A stretch of DNA of 63,837 nt, the filler included, from Ministeria vibrans ATCC 50519 (taxonomy: Eukaryota > Protista > Filasterea), in the NCBI GenBank assembly GCA_943704425.1. It is 4 parts of 4 records of this genome, joined end to end, with 100 filler letters (N's around TTAATTAATTAA, not from the genome) between each part and the next. Parts side by side here need not be neighbours in the genome. Positions count along the whole stretch, not along the records: positions 1 to 18,742 come from CALSCP010002463.1; 3 more parts are not named here. One strand, 5' to 3'. Positions 1 to 15,353 of this stretch are shown piece by piece (within the stretch, counting starts at the first letter, position 1; every line of letters starts with the position of its first letter). The notes beneath the pieces are model-generated. The model was not told the origin of the DNA. It worked only from the letters and a program-made list of their open reading frames with translations, and ran no database searches. The translations under genes were made by a program, and so were the position numbers.

Positions 1-164
1 CCCCCCCCCTCGCTATTGATTCTCATTTATGTTCTTTTCTCTCTCCATAAATACCCTCCCTCTCTCTTTGTCACTTTGTTTCTCTGGTTATTTTTTTCCG
101 TTTTTGTTTATTTTATTCCTTTTTCATCTCTTCTCTTTTTTTTCTTGTTCTTTGTTTGTTGTAG

Positions 165-915
165 TGGCAATGGCAAGACGATGATTGCCAAGGCACTGGC
201 ACACGAGGCACAGTGTACCTTCTTTAGCATTACTGCGTCATCGCTCACCAGCAAGTATGTCGGGGAGAGCGAAAAGCTCGTGCGTGCGCTGTTTGCGTGT
301 GCCCGTGAGCTACAGCCGGCCATTATCTTTATCGACGAGATTGACTCACTTCTGACGAGTCGCAGTGACAAGGACCAGGACTCGACACGGCGTCTCAAGA
401 CAGAGTTTCTCACGGCGTTTGATGGGGTCTCGGCGGCCGCAGACGAGCGCATTCTTGTCCTGGGCGCCACCAATCTACCCAACGAGCTAGACGATGCGGC
501 AGTGCGCCGTCTGCCCAAGCGCATCTACGTGCCCCTCCCCGACGCTCCTACACGTGCTCATATTGTGCGCAGTCTGCTTCGCAAAACCCGCCATTCACTC
601 TCGGCCGCCCAGGTCGATGCCGTTGCGCGCGCCACCGACGGCTACTCGGGCTCAGACCTGGCGCAACTGGCCAAGGAAGGCAAGACAAAGTCCGGCATTG
701 ATTGCCTCTCTTACTCCACACACACACACACACTCTCTATAGCTGCATTTGGGCCCATCCGCGAGCTGGGCGACCGTATCCGTGACGTGGCCATGGACGA
801 TGTGCGTCCCGTGTCCGACAAGGACTTCTTTCGTGCCCTCTCAACCATTCGCGCCAGTGTCAAGCCTGAGAACCTCAAGTCGCTTGAGAAGTGGGCCGAG
901 CTCTATGGCTGTTAA
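165..915 (+). CDS. SPAST: Spastin-type microtubule-severing AAA ATPase, 3' exons (5' part outside window); GC-AG intron 680-742
   Basis: GNGKT Walker A (spastin signature), SASSLTSKYVGE-like motif, IIFIDEIDS Walker B, GATNLPNELD, GYSGSDL. Removing 680-742 gives LAKEAAFGPIRE. Confidence 0.85.
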
Positions 916-1087
916 AACTTAAATGAATATCATTGTATTGTGGAAATCTTATAGGGCGCAGCGGCGCAAAAACTTATTATTTTATGGCTTTGCATTGGGT
1001 ATTGCACTATTTCTCATTCTTCTCCGAATCCATGATCAAGTTCAATCTACATTTATACATTTTAATACATTTTGCATATTTGTGATA

Positions 1088-3258
1088 ATGATGATCTTCA
1101 TCCCTGTGGTGCTTGCTGTGATCACAAGCCAGGCAGCATGTGCGGCTCAAACCAATGCGCGCGATAGACCAGTCACCGATGCAGATTTCGTATGATCTCT
1201 TCTCCCCTTCCCTCTTGACTTCCCTGCCTCTCTCCACTCCCCATCCCAACCATGCAGCATTTCTCGTACCACCATTCGTTTCGAGCGCCCCACATTACGC
1301 TGGGCGACGAGAACAGTCTGTTGTCGTGGGCGACCACAGGCACCGCCACAGCCCACGCTACAACGGTGGTCCTGACCGATGGCAAGGTGCCCAACGAGGC
1401 GGGTGGCATCTGGACCACAGAGAAGAGCATTTCGGCCGAATGGGAGGTTGTGGCGTCCGTCAAGATTGCGGGGACGCAGGTGTGACCGAGTGAAGTGCGT
1501 GTTGTGCGTTGTGCGCTCACTCTGTTTTCCTCCTTCTCCTCTGTTTGAGCCAGATCGGCGGCGGCGATGGACTGGCGCTGTGGTACACGCAAGAAGGCGG
1601 GCAGTTGGGCGAGACGTTTGGGGCTCCAAAGCACTGGAAGGGCCTCGGGGTATTTCTGGATACGTTTGACAACGACGGTGGCAATGATGGGCCGCGCATC
1701 ACCGCGCAACTCAATGACGGCACTGGGAGCTACGACCAGGCAACGGACGGCGCATCGAATGCCCTGGGTTATTGCCAGTGTACTGATCTGCGAAACAACG
1801 CCGAGTCAGTGCTCATTAGCGTTGCCTATGTGTCGCGCACACTCACGGTGTGTTTCCCCCTAGCTGACCAAGTTATTTTTTAAAGTTGCATTGTTTTTTA
1901 CAGGTGCGATATGACACGACGGGATCGGGTTTGTCATATATTGTCTGTCTTATTGCGGAGAATGTTGATATTGGACTGGTAATACGCACGAAGCCAATTC
2001 TGCATAGTTTTTGTACTTGTTTGTGTTTGACCGAAGTATTATCCTTGTACAGAACAACTACTTTGGAGCGAGTGCGAGCTCATCGGGAACGCATCGAGAC
2101 ACCCACGAGATCCACGCATTGCAAGTGTTTGAACTGAACGTGTTCCGTGAAGGGTCGGCGGAGCGGGCGGGCATGAGCGAGGCGGAACGCACGGCGGCAC
2201 TAGCAGCGCTGGCGAAGATGCGACGGGCCGAGTGGGCACAGCGGACAATGAAACAGGTGCAGGGCGTGGCTGCCATGAGTGAAGCGACGGAGGAGGAAGA
2301 GGAAGAGAAAGAGAACGAGGGGTTGGTGCCCCATGATCACTCAAAGAAGCCTAAACCAAAGCAGGTCAGTGTCAAAGTGACAGAGTGGGTTGGTATAACC
2401 ATTTCTAATTCATTCTGTAGATGGTAGTGCGGTTGGACTGGAACAATGTTGAGGCTGAGCTGACTCGACTGGGATTGTATCCGCCAGCGGTGCGCAGCGT
2501 AGACTCTGTGACATTGGACGGGACGGATAGCGCTCGGGAGTCCACTGAAGACACACAATCCAGTACGTTTTGCAGAGCGATTCAGGCGAATTAAAAGTGA
2601 TTTTTTTTTGGGGGGGGGAATATGTAGCACAAGCGAGTTTTACCGAATTGAAGATTGTTCTGGGGCGGATTGAAGAGCGACTGACTAGCACAGTGAAGGA
2701 GCAAGTGGGACGAGTGGAGGAGACGGTGGAACGGGCAGTGAGTGCAGCGGGAACGAGCCAGTGGAGTGCGCAGAAAAGTGAGTTGGTGGAGGCGGTGAGT
2801 CAGCTCCTGTCGGTACGTACAAATGAGAGAAGAAGAGAGAGAGAGAGGAGGGAGAAGAAAAAAAACTAGAGAGAGGGCAACCAATTGATAGGGGAGTGCG
2901 ATGGAGATGGACTCAAGAAAGCGTAAATGTATAGGAGCGGTTTGAGGATCTGGATGGGAAGCTGGGGCGACTGGAGCGACGAGTGGAGGAAGAGCGACGG
3001 CGTGAGGAGGAGACGGATGGACAGCGACTGGTGGAACGGGAAGAGACGCGACGACGCAACGAGCGAGAGAAGCAGAAGCAGATGGAGGAGGAGGAAGGAG
3101 TTGGAGAGAGAGGGGGAGGGCAAAGGAGTGGGAGTGGGGAGGAGGGAGGAGGGTGGCTGTGGATGGGCGTGGCGGGTGTGGAGGCGCTGGTTGTGGTTGT
3201 GTTGACTGTGGTGCTTGTGCGCAAGAACAGACAGGATAAGTATGCTAAACTGCTCTGA
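1088..3258 (+). CDS. L-type lectin cargo receptor (ERGIC-53/VIP36/Emp47-like), multi-exon type I membrane protein
   Basis: Signal peptide, YHHSFRAP, GGDGLALWY, WKGLGVFLDTFDND, NDGTGSYD, YFGASA motifs, coiled coil, TM helix and short tail ...KNRQDKYAKLL*. Confidence 0.85.
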
Positions 3259-3339
3259 GGCTAAACTGAAACAAATGGTATAAAATGGATCTTTTTTTGG
3301 CTTTCGTTTGTACTTTACCTTACCGTCTCTCTTGATCTT

Positions 3340-3535
3340 TCCTCTCATCCATTAGTTGTAATAGACTTTTTTTTGTATTTTTTTGTATTTTAACTCTCTC
3401 ACTTTCTTGTCGTTTCCTCTCGTTCATTCATCAATTAGTTAGAATAGACTTTTTTTTTTTCGTTTGTATTTTAAATCGCTCTCATGTGGAATCCTCTCAT
3501 TCATCAACGCTCTCGATAATTTAGTTGTACAATGT
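3340..3535. repeat. Imperfect ~80-bp tandem repeat between convergent genes
   Basis: cctctc(a/g)t.cat...ttagtt..aatagactttttttt..gtatttt recurs 2-3 times. Confidence 0.5.
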
Positions 3536-3594
3536 AATTCATGCTTTGTAAATATATGTGGTGTGTGTGTGCGCCTGTGTGTGAGTGTGTGCAG

Positions 3595-4965
3595 CTAGTC
3601 GTCGAGAAGGCGCTCGTAGCCAGGTCCCGTGTTGGCCATGGCAAGGTCGTTGAAGCGGCGTTGGGCGCGACGCTTGCGTATGTTGAGGAGCACAGCCGAA
3701 ACAATGGTGACGACGAGAAGGAGGATGCCGAGGGCAATGGCGGCGCGATCGCCCGACGTCAGCCCCCCTTGCTTCTTGTTGGGCTGTTCGACGCACTGGT
3801 CGGGGCAGGCGCACTGCGAGCGCACCGTCATTTCGTAGTGCTTCTGTAGTGTTTCGCCGCGCGTTGTGACCACTGGGGAAAGAGCGGTGAGGTCGCAGAT
3901 GAGAAGGACAACGGACGAGCGACCACCTGCACCACTGGTGTAGGTGATGGTGAGGCCGGCGTCGCTCGCCTGCGAGACATTGTAGGCGGAGAGTTCGCCG
4001 CACGAAGCCGGTCCGATACCATTGGTGCTGGCACACACGGCGGTGTTGCTGTAGGCGCCGCAGCTGATGGCGTCGCAAAAGTTGTAGGTCAGTTGTTGTA
4101 CACCGGCGTTTGCTGTGAGTCCCACAGCGCTCTGGAGCGAGGTAAAATCGTAGATGGCGCCGTTGGGAGCCTGAAATTGGCAGAGTGGCGCGACGTAAGC
4201 GGTGGGCGTAGGCACGCCGCCGAGGCAGCCGTTGGGGCAGGCGCACACGGTGGAAATGACAATGACGGTGAGCGTCGTAAAGGGTTCGTCGACCTGGGTG
4301 ATTTCCGGCACAGTTTTGGAGGCATCACAGACGAAGTAGATGAAGGAACGGGTGCCGCGGGTGCCGCCGCTGTAGGAGGCGATGACAGCGGGACTCTTCG
4401 AGTCGCTGGACACGGTCCAGGAAGCGGAGCTAAGTGTGCCCAGCGACTCGGCCACGGGCTGTGTGCGTGTGCCCCAGATGTCGCATACGGCCGTGTTGGG
4501 CGACGTGCAGTTGCTGGCAAAGTCAACGGAGACACCGTCGCAAAAGTTGTACAGAATAGTGTCGCCCCAGAGCGTCATAAAGAGATAGCCGCCGGGGCGC
4601 GCAAGGCCACTAAAGTCAAAAACACCCTTTGAGGAGGAGGTTCCGCACAAGGAAGAGCCCGTCGTCGGGGCGGACGAGGCGGCAGCGACAGGCAAAGAGG
4701 AAGAGGTTATCGACGACGATGACGACGACGGTATTCTCAACGGGGCCACTGGCGCGGCGGACGTGCCGGCGATGGACGGAAACGACGATGGCGAGGAGGG
4801 GAGGGCGGCCGTTGCGACGGGGGCGGGGACGGAAGGGGGTGAGGAAGCGTAGAGAGGATGTTGTTGTGGATGGGCCGCCAGGGCCGTTGCATCGGCCGCC
4901 GTTGGACTTCCATCGCTACACACTACTGCAACTACTATTAATAGTAGGAGCACGACGGCGCGCAT
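3595..4965 (-). CDS. Type I membrane protein with two mannose-6-phosphate receptor homology (MRH) domains (MPR/Atg27-like); intronless
   Basis: Signal peptide, S/P/T-rich stalk, two repeats of (F/Y)DF..L...YNFC...TAVC...RS....(V/I)CD...CAC, TM helix, tail GYERLLDD (YxxL and dileucine-like). Confidence 0.8.
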   Translation of the reverse strand: MRAVVLLLLIVVAVVCSDGSPTAADATALAAHPQQHPLYASSPPSVPAPVATAALPSSPSSFPSIAGTSAAPVAPLRIPSSSSSSITSSSLPVAAASSAPTTGSSLCGTSSSKGVFDFSGLARPGGYLFMTLWGDTILYNFCDGVSVDFASNCTSPNTAVCDIWGTRTQPVAESLGTLSSASWTVSSDSKSPAVIASYSGGTRGTRSFIYFVCDASKTVPEITQVDEPFTTLTVIVISTVCACPNGCLGGVPTPTAYVAPLCQFQAPNGAIYDFTSLQSAVGLTANAGVQQLTYNFCDAISCGAYSNTAVCASTNGIGPASCGELSAYNVSQASDAGLTITYTSGAGGRSSVVLLICDLTALSPVVTTRGETLQKHYEMTVRSQCACPDQCVEQPNKKQGGLTSGDRAAIALGILLLVVTIVSAVLLNIRKRRAQRRFNDLAMANTGPGYERLLDD

Positions 4966-5433
4966 GACGTGTGCATGCAGAAAAGGTTTGTTTTTTATAA
5001 TCGGAATTATAATTATTATTTTAATCGAGAATCGAATCCATGTCCAATGGAGTGATCTCAGCCTTGGAGAACCTGCCCCCGAAGAGGAAAGGAAACTACG
5101 CCTGTCAGATGTGCATGAGACATCAGTGGAGCTGAATCGACTTGTTCCGTGTTTCGATCATTCAAAGCGACAGAGAAGTCAAGATCATCCTTCTTCGTCG
5201 TCGTCAAACTCGTCCCTGAGAGCTTAGCCCAGTAAGACTAGATCGCTCACTACACCTCTATGATCGGCGTGAGTCATCTCTCTCTTGACGAACTTTCTCT
5301 TGAACCGAAAAAAAAAAAATTAACCGAAACGCAATCTCTATCTCAGTCAACAATCTCAAGGCAAAAAACGCAAAAGAGGTCAAGAAAACACATGTACATG
5401 GGCTTTCATTGAGGGCGCCGGACAGTCTGATGT

Positions 5434-5511
5434 CTACTTGGCGCGTGCGCGGCACTTACGGCGCTTACGCTTCAGGCGACGCATACGCTTCTTCTTCCAC
5501 TTCTGCCTCAT
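5434..5511 (-). CDS. RPL41: 60S ribosomal protein eL41 (25 aa, below the ORF-track cutoff)
   Basis: Translates to [25 protein letters not shown], matching the eL41 consensus [25 protein letters not shown]. Confidence 0.95.
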   Translation of the reverse strand: [25 protein letters not shown]

Positions 5512-5621
5512 GCTAAGAGTCCTGCACACACACACACACACACACACCAAGAGGAGGGAAACAGACAAGGACGACGACAGTTAGTGAATGTATTTTTTTT
5601 TCTATCATCGTGTCAAAAAAA

Positions 5622-5652
<31 letters not shown>

Positions 5653-5684
5653 CAAACACACAAACAATAATAAATACTTCGTAC

Positions 5685-6889
5685 CACACACACAGAGTGT
5701 AATCTCCGGGAAAGTTGGTGCTCTCGCGCAACAGAAAGAGTCCATCGCGCATCATATGTTCTGTCATGAGTGACTCGGCAACTTGTCGAGAAATTTTGCC
5801 GTGAAACCACGGGTAGGGATTGCAAAGTTCACTTGCACTCCCAGTCGCGTCGACGGCCGCCACCTTGAGCGCTGTGTGCTTCTCCTTCACATAGTTCGAT
5901 GGAATAAAGCCTATCCGCCCATTCGCGTCCTCGGCTGTCCACCAGTTTGGATCGTGTCCCTTTTCTCTCAGCCACAGTGTATCATGCTTGGAAAAGGACA
6001 AATCCTTGCCGCTTTGACCTACACAAAAATAATGCAAGGAAACACCCATATCAACACAAGCACATCTGTCACAAAACAACACAAGACAGAGAGAGTAATG
6101 CAAAACACTACACCAACTACCATCACCACACTCAATAAGAGCATGACAGTATACTCGTGACACACTCTCCACATCCGCCTTCCGCTGTCACAACTGACAC
6201 ACTCAAAAACACAGTAACAGAACAGATGAAAACTGTAAAGTTGTGATCAAAACGAGCAAAAAAAGGAATGCAAACGCCCCCAGGCAGGGCGAAAGAGCCC
6301 CCCCACACCCTCCCTCCCCCTGCATTGCCACACATGCCCAATGCACACCCGCTGGCTGACGGTAATAGCCCCATCAACTGTGATGCTCGAGAAAAAAAAA
6401 ACCGACAACAAAATTTTCAGACGCACTGTCGCCATCAAGGCCAATAAGGCCCCTTGCAGACGCTCACAGCCCAGCACACGTAAGAAAGGGCTTCTTCCTC
6501 GTCAGCAACCCGGACACAAGTCCACCAGACGATTGCAATGGCAAAAACCAAAAAAAAAAACCTCACTAGGAAGTTTTTCTACCCTGTTTCTAACCGCCTA
6601 GAAGAGAAAGGGGGCGAAACAAGGCGAGCGGACAGGCGGGTGGTGGGGTTGTGCAGCGCAGGAAAGCAGCGGCGACTGCGCACAGCAGCGCAACAGCGGC
6701 AGGTTCAGCGAACGGACGGTTGGCAGACGGAAAGGCATCCCGAAACGCACCACAGCGATCAGCAGCGCACCGGCACGTCCCCGCCCGCCCCGCGATGCAG
6801 ACGGCTGTGTCACAGCCCGCTTCCCTTTTGCGTCGCTTACCTGCGTAGTCGTACAGCGCTACAAACTCGGTGAGGTTCTTTCGGCTCAT
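5685..6889 (-). CDS. CSK: C-terminal Src kinase (Csk)-like N-terminus: SH3 plus first half of SH2 (exons 6889-6841, 6018-5685); kinase domain absent from this assembly
   Basis: ALYDY..DLSF..DPNWW..GFIPSNYV SH3; PWFHGKISR...GLFLLRESTNFPGDYTLCV is near-identical to the Csk SH2 (LVRESTNYPGDYTLCV). Confidence 0.8.
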
Positions 6890-7248
6890 GCTACAGTCTT
6901 AGCACTCGTCTCACACCCAAGACTGCTCAATCGTTTCGGTTGAAATAAATGACTTAGGAGTATTAAGTATTTATTCCCGAATAATAATATTATAGAGTAT
7001 TCGATTCGACGACAGTGCAATGACAGAACCCAATTCGCCAAAAATGTAATTCTGCAAACGTTTCCTACGTTGTACGTTGAACAACTTTGAGTACTTTCAA
7101 GTTGGAAGTGGTCCGTACGAGTGCCAATGCGCCTCCCTGCAAATTGTGTGCAAAGGTAATCCAACACAATAATATGAGAATTTGAAGCGAAATCGTGAAT
7201 TATCAATTGAAAATCGGCCTTTTTTTTTGATCTCTTACAGCCGCAACC

Positions 7249-10371
<3,123 letters not shown>

Positions 10372-10566
10372 GCAGTGTCTTTTGGTTCTGCGTGTGTGTG
10401 TGACTGAGAGTGGTTTCTGTTCGTTTGACTTTTTTAAAATCCGTGTGCCAAGTAAAGCAAACGTGCAGATTCAATTCGGGAAGAACGATAGTCCTAATAG
10501 CATGTGTATTATTTTTAATGGGCGTTGTTGGTTCGTACAATTTCGTATCATTTTATGTTGCACAGT

Positions 10567-11504
10567 TTACGAAGGAGACTCAGTGAGGAGAGCATCGGTG
10601 GCGGACACAAGGAGAAAGCCGCCGCTTGTTGTGAGCTCATCCGTATCGAGCGAGTCCTTTGTTGAAGGGTGCTGCAGCAGCCACTCGGCGCGCTCCTCCT
10701 CAAAGGCAGCACGTTGTTTGTCCAGCTGTGTTTGTGCTTCAGTCAGTGCCTTGCGGTCAGCCTCAAGCTGCTTTCGATCTTCCTCAAGCTGCAGTCTGTC
10801 CGTTTTGAGCTGTTTGCGCTCCTCGTCAACGCTCAAAGTGCTCTACACGTAAAAAAAAAATGAATACTCTTGATTTTGCATCGTTTGAGGCGCACTTGTA
10901 ACGCAGCAGAGTGTGGCAAAGGCGCAGGCTGGACGGGCTTCTTGGCGGCGGTGGGACGTGGGCCTGCGACGGGAGGAGGATGGACGAGCGCCTTGGCCTG
11001 CGCTGACGATGGCATGAAAGTGACGGGACGTCGGCTCATGGGCTTGGGCGGGACAACGGTTGCCTTGCGTCGCTCCTCGTCGGCCTTGAGACGCGCTTCT
11101 TCGGCTTTGCGCTCCTCGTCGGCGCGCTTCTGCTCGGCCTCGCGCTCTGCAACCGACTCCATAGCATTCTTTCTCAGTGTGTTACGCGTGGGTGGGCGGC
11201 GGCCCCTACCCGCAGCCTTGGCCCGCGTCTTCGTCGCAGACACCAGCAGCTGTGGTACTGCCTCGTCGACACCCACGCGTGTGTCGGCGTCTGCGTCCGC
11301 CTCGGTCACGGGCGTCCCTACAATTGAGTTGGTAGCCGACAGCGATGTCGGCGGGGCGAGGAGAAACGCACCGCCAATGCGCGAGGCCATGTCGGCGACG
11401 CTCTGAGGACGGGCCTTGCGACCCGCTACGCATAAAGAAAATTATGAGCATATGTTTATCTGTGTGTCTGCCAGTGTGAGAGTAAGTGAGCGGGTGATTG
11501 AGTC

Positions 11505-11542
<38 letters not shown>

Positions 11543-12484
11543 CGTACAGAGTGGTCGCATTTGCGGACGTGGACGCACTGTCTCGATGCCGCTGTCGTCG
11601 GTCGAGATGGAATCGCGTTTTTGCTTCTGACGTGACGTCGGCTTGGGTTTGGGCTGAGGTACGGGTACGGGTGAGGTACCCCTGACGGTGGGGGAGGTGG
11701 TAGTTGGTGAAGGGTTACTCGGCAACGGCGAAGGGGTGGCTGTTGTCGGTTTCTTCGCCGGTGGAGGCTTCAAGGTTTTGGGACGTGGCTTTACGACGAC
11801 CGGCGCGTCGGAGGCGTCTGTCTCGCCCATCTCCTGCGGCACACTCCCCCCAGAGGGCTTCTTCTCGTGCACCATGGGGCGGTCTGCCTTGGGCCGGTCT
11901 GCCTTGGCCGGAAGAGGCTTTTTTGCGCTTGTTTTTGGCACTTGCGTTGTCGCGTCTGCTTCCGGCTTTTTCGGCAGCGGCTTAGGCGGCACGTGCTTCC
12001 CTGGCGGCGCCGTCCCCTCGCTACTGCCACTACTACTAATGCCGGGAGCGTCGTCGGCTGGGCCGTCAAGCGGCGACATGGGCTTCTTCTCGAGAGGCGG
12101 CAGAGCGGCCTTGTCGCTCTTGGCGATCCTCTCGTTGCCCGCCGACTGCGAGACGGACGCAGAGACTATCTCGGAGGTCTCCACAGGGTGTTTCGCAGCC
12201 TTGAGCAACGCGGATGGCGTCGGTTTCGGCTTGTCTGACGCAGGCTGGGGCGGGGGCGTTTGTGACGCGCTTGCGTGCGTCGACTCGGCCGTGGCGCCAT
12301 CCGCCAGGCTCGCTGACGGGGCAGGGGTGGGTGGGACGGGCTTGCTGGGCTTTGTCGTACTGACTGGCGGCTTGGCCGGCACTCCAGCAGGCGTGGCTGT
12401 GATCGGGCACGGTGCGACTTGCTCTTCGTCGTCATCTGCGCCAAACACGGCCGACGACGAGTTTATCGCGTCCATACTGCTCAT
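10567..12484 (-). CDS. Proline-rich protein with capping-protein-interaction (CPI) motif and C-terminal coiled coil (CapZIP/CD2AP/FAM21-like), about 3 exons
   Basis: LLVSATKTRAKAAGRGRRPPTR resembles the CPI consensus LxHxTxxRPK-x-RRPP; many PxxP/PxxxPR motifs; heptad coiled coil in the last exon. Confidence 0.55.
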
Positions 12485-12689
12485 GAATACAAATGAGTGG
12501 TCGTTTGAAGTTTGATCTTTGAACACGTCTGACGACTTCTGAAATCTGAGCGGACTGAGCTGTCTCACAGGAATTAGCGATTGGGTATATTGGGTTGTGA
12601 AAAAGTAAAAAAAATTGGTGATAATTTTTTTAATCAATGATGAGTCTTCACTTCTTCACTTCTTTCTCTCTCACTTTACGCTGATCGCT

Positions 12690-15298
12690 ATGTCCGAGGT
12701 GATCCCTCAACCCGAAATAAGTATCGTTGTGACGTCTCCTGATGAGGCGTTGCACAGCGAAAGGCCCGCCAAAGCGCCGGTGCGGGCGCAGCTGTCAGGG
12801 CTGTCGGAGACCAACTCAGAGGGGCTGTACGAATCAGGCTACTCCATCATCCTCCACGAGGGCTACTCCATCATTGAGCCCGGGAACCCTGTCGAGCCTG
12901 TCGTAAGAACCCGCCTCCTGCCTTTGCACCGTTTCACACCCGTTCCAAACTTCGCGGTCACAAACGAAGAAAGACAAAAATATCTCAACTTGTCAGCAAA
13001 CGCCAAAAATCCCGCACCTACCTGTGCCACCCTCTTCCCATACTTCTGCACACGCGCTCTCCCTGCGCGGTGCACCCAGCAAGCGTGCATTTCGCGCTGC
13101 AGACGGTTTCCTTCGCCTATCGCTCCGCTGACGTCATCCACCGTCGCTGGCGCGCGAGCCACCTCAGCACGCAGAAAACACCGTGGTGGGGGGAGGGGAG
13201 GGGAGGGGAGGGGCTTGATGCAGCCAGCAGACCCTTCGGCATTGCAGACGGGCAGTGCGTGCAGCGTCTGCGCCGCTCGACCGATCGCTGACTCAATAAG
13301 CGGCAGAGCAGCGTCGCAACTCCTCCTCTGCCGTCGCCCCCACAGCCGCTCTTTTCCGAACTACCGCGCGTCATCCGTCTACATGCATGTGTACCTTGAC
13401 GTGGCAGCAACCATGCTTTCGCCAGCCTCTCTGTATTGTTATCACTGATGTTTATTTGTCTTTTCTTCTTTTGAACTCTTCAGCATCCTCACAATCCGAA
13501 AATCATGCGCGAAGAGGATTTGGACTTGACATGGCAAAAAGAATACTTTGCGACTGCGGACGCGGGCGACGATCGGCTGATTCTGATGAACAACACAGCG
13601 ATTGTCGCCTTCGTGCGCATTGAGACGCAGGCTCATGTTCTGGTGCGCACACGCGAAGCGTACCATCGCATTGTGTTGCCTGGCAGCGACTTCAATCCCT
13701 CGACTGTACGACGTGTCATGGGCAAGGGTACATCTAAAGCAGCCATTGCCAAGCGGATCGCAGCCGTCCTTCAAAACAAAGCGTTGCTGCGCAATCTTGT
13801 GCCCATCGATACTCACTTTGCAGTGCCAGCCCTCCTCAAAATGGACTCGCTTCAGGTATCAAGAGATAGGAAGACAAATAGACAGAGAGTTGCAAAGAGT
13901 GTCAAAGAGAGAAAGAGACAGATAGACAGAGGGTCGCAAAGAGGGCTAGAGCGAGCGAGAGAGAGAGAGAGAGAGCGGAGAAAGAAACAAAGTGATAGAG
14001 AGAGATGCCATTAATATAATGTTTTGTAGGTTTACGACAAGTTCAAGTTTGGGCTTATGTACTGTCGTGACGGACAGACGGACGAAAACCAAATTCTGGC
14101 CAACAGTATGATTAGTTTTGTCTTGTGGGTTTGGAATGGAATAGTAACAATGCGTTGTTGTAGATGCGCAAGATGCGCCCTTCTCAGATGCATACGAGAC
14201 ATTTCTGGATCTGTTAGGCGACCGAGTCAAACTCCATGGATGGGACAAATTCAGAGCGGGACTTGACGCTAAACGTAAAAAGGATGGCAAAAAGATGGTG
14301 GAAAGAGACACTGACGTGTGGTGTAGATGGGACGACAGGAGAGGAGTCACTGTACACGGAAACGGGCCCCTTCTCGATCATGTTCCATGTGTGCACCATG
14401 TTACCTTTCCGCCCCACCGACCCCCAACAGGTCAGACCCACTCCCCCTCCTCTCATTTTGTACGTGAGTGCTCATTCAATTGCATGTATAGCTTGAGCGG
14501 AAACGGCACATTGGCAATGACATTGTGGTGATTGTGTTCAAGGATGGACGAGAGAAGTACCATCCAACGACGCTCGTCTCAAAGCAGACGCACGTCATCA
14601 TTGTGGTCAGCCCAGACCACCACGACGATGACCAGGTGCGTGCCAGACCTCACACACACAATTTTTTTTCTATCCCTCTGCATTTCTTTCTCTCCATCTC
14701 AATCACTTTGTTTCTCCCTCCTTTCTCTCTCTCTATACATATATACCTTATCACTTTGTTTCTCCCTCCATTCTCTCTACTATTACTTTTTCTCCTCTCA
14801 ATTTTGCTCTTACTCTCGTAGTACCGTGTTGAGGTTGTGGTGCGCAAAGGCACTCCTGAGTTTGGCCCCCATGTCCCTCTCAGCTGTTGTGTCCCCAAAA
14901 TGCTCATTCGTGACTTTGTCCTCTTTAAAGGTACCGCATTCTTACTCACAGACGCACACACGTGCGCGCGCTCATTCATAGCATCCCTGACAAATATATC
15001 CGTCACTCTGGATTTTCAGCAATTAATGGCGAGCGTGCGGCGTACAATGCACCTGAGTTCCATCGACGTGTCACGGGCGTGCGTGCGGGTCTCTTTCAAG
15101 GGTTTGCTGAGGCAGTTCAGAGCGCAAAGAAGAAGTAGTCTACCCTTTGCACGCTGTCCCACCCACCCATCCACACACACATTTACACACGCACACGCAC
15201 ACTCGCTCACTTTCTCACACCCACACAAACGTTCCGTCTGCACGGGTCTGCACTCGGCGGCATCATCTCTGGATCTCACTCGATTCATCATTACTTAA
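12690..15298 (+). CDS. Rap/Ran-GAP domain protein, multi-exon
   Basis: KFKFGLMYCRDGQTDE, FLDLLGDRV, FRAGLD, TTGEESLYT, IMFHVCTMLP, ERKRHIGNDIVVIVF (Asn thumb), PEFGP. Confidence 0.92.
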
Positions 15299-15353
15299 AA
15301 TATTATGTTCACTGTACATCATAAAAATAAACAAACAAACACCTCTAATACTA

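Noticed and set aside
5040-5260. Short plus-strand ORF MSNGVISALENLPPKRKGNY..., faintly like DDA1
   Set aside because: Similarity is too weak and I could not build a consistent spliced model.
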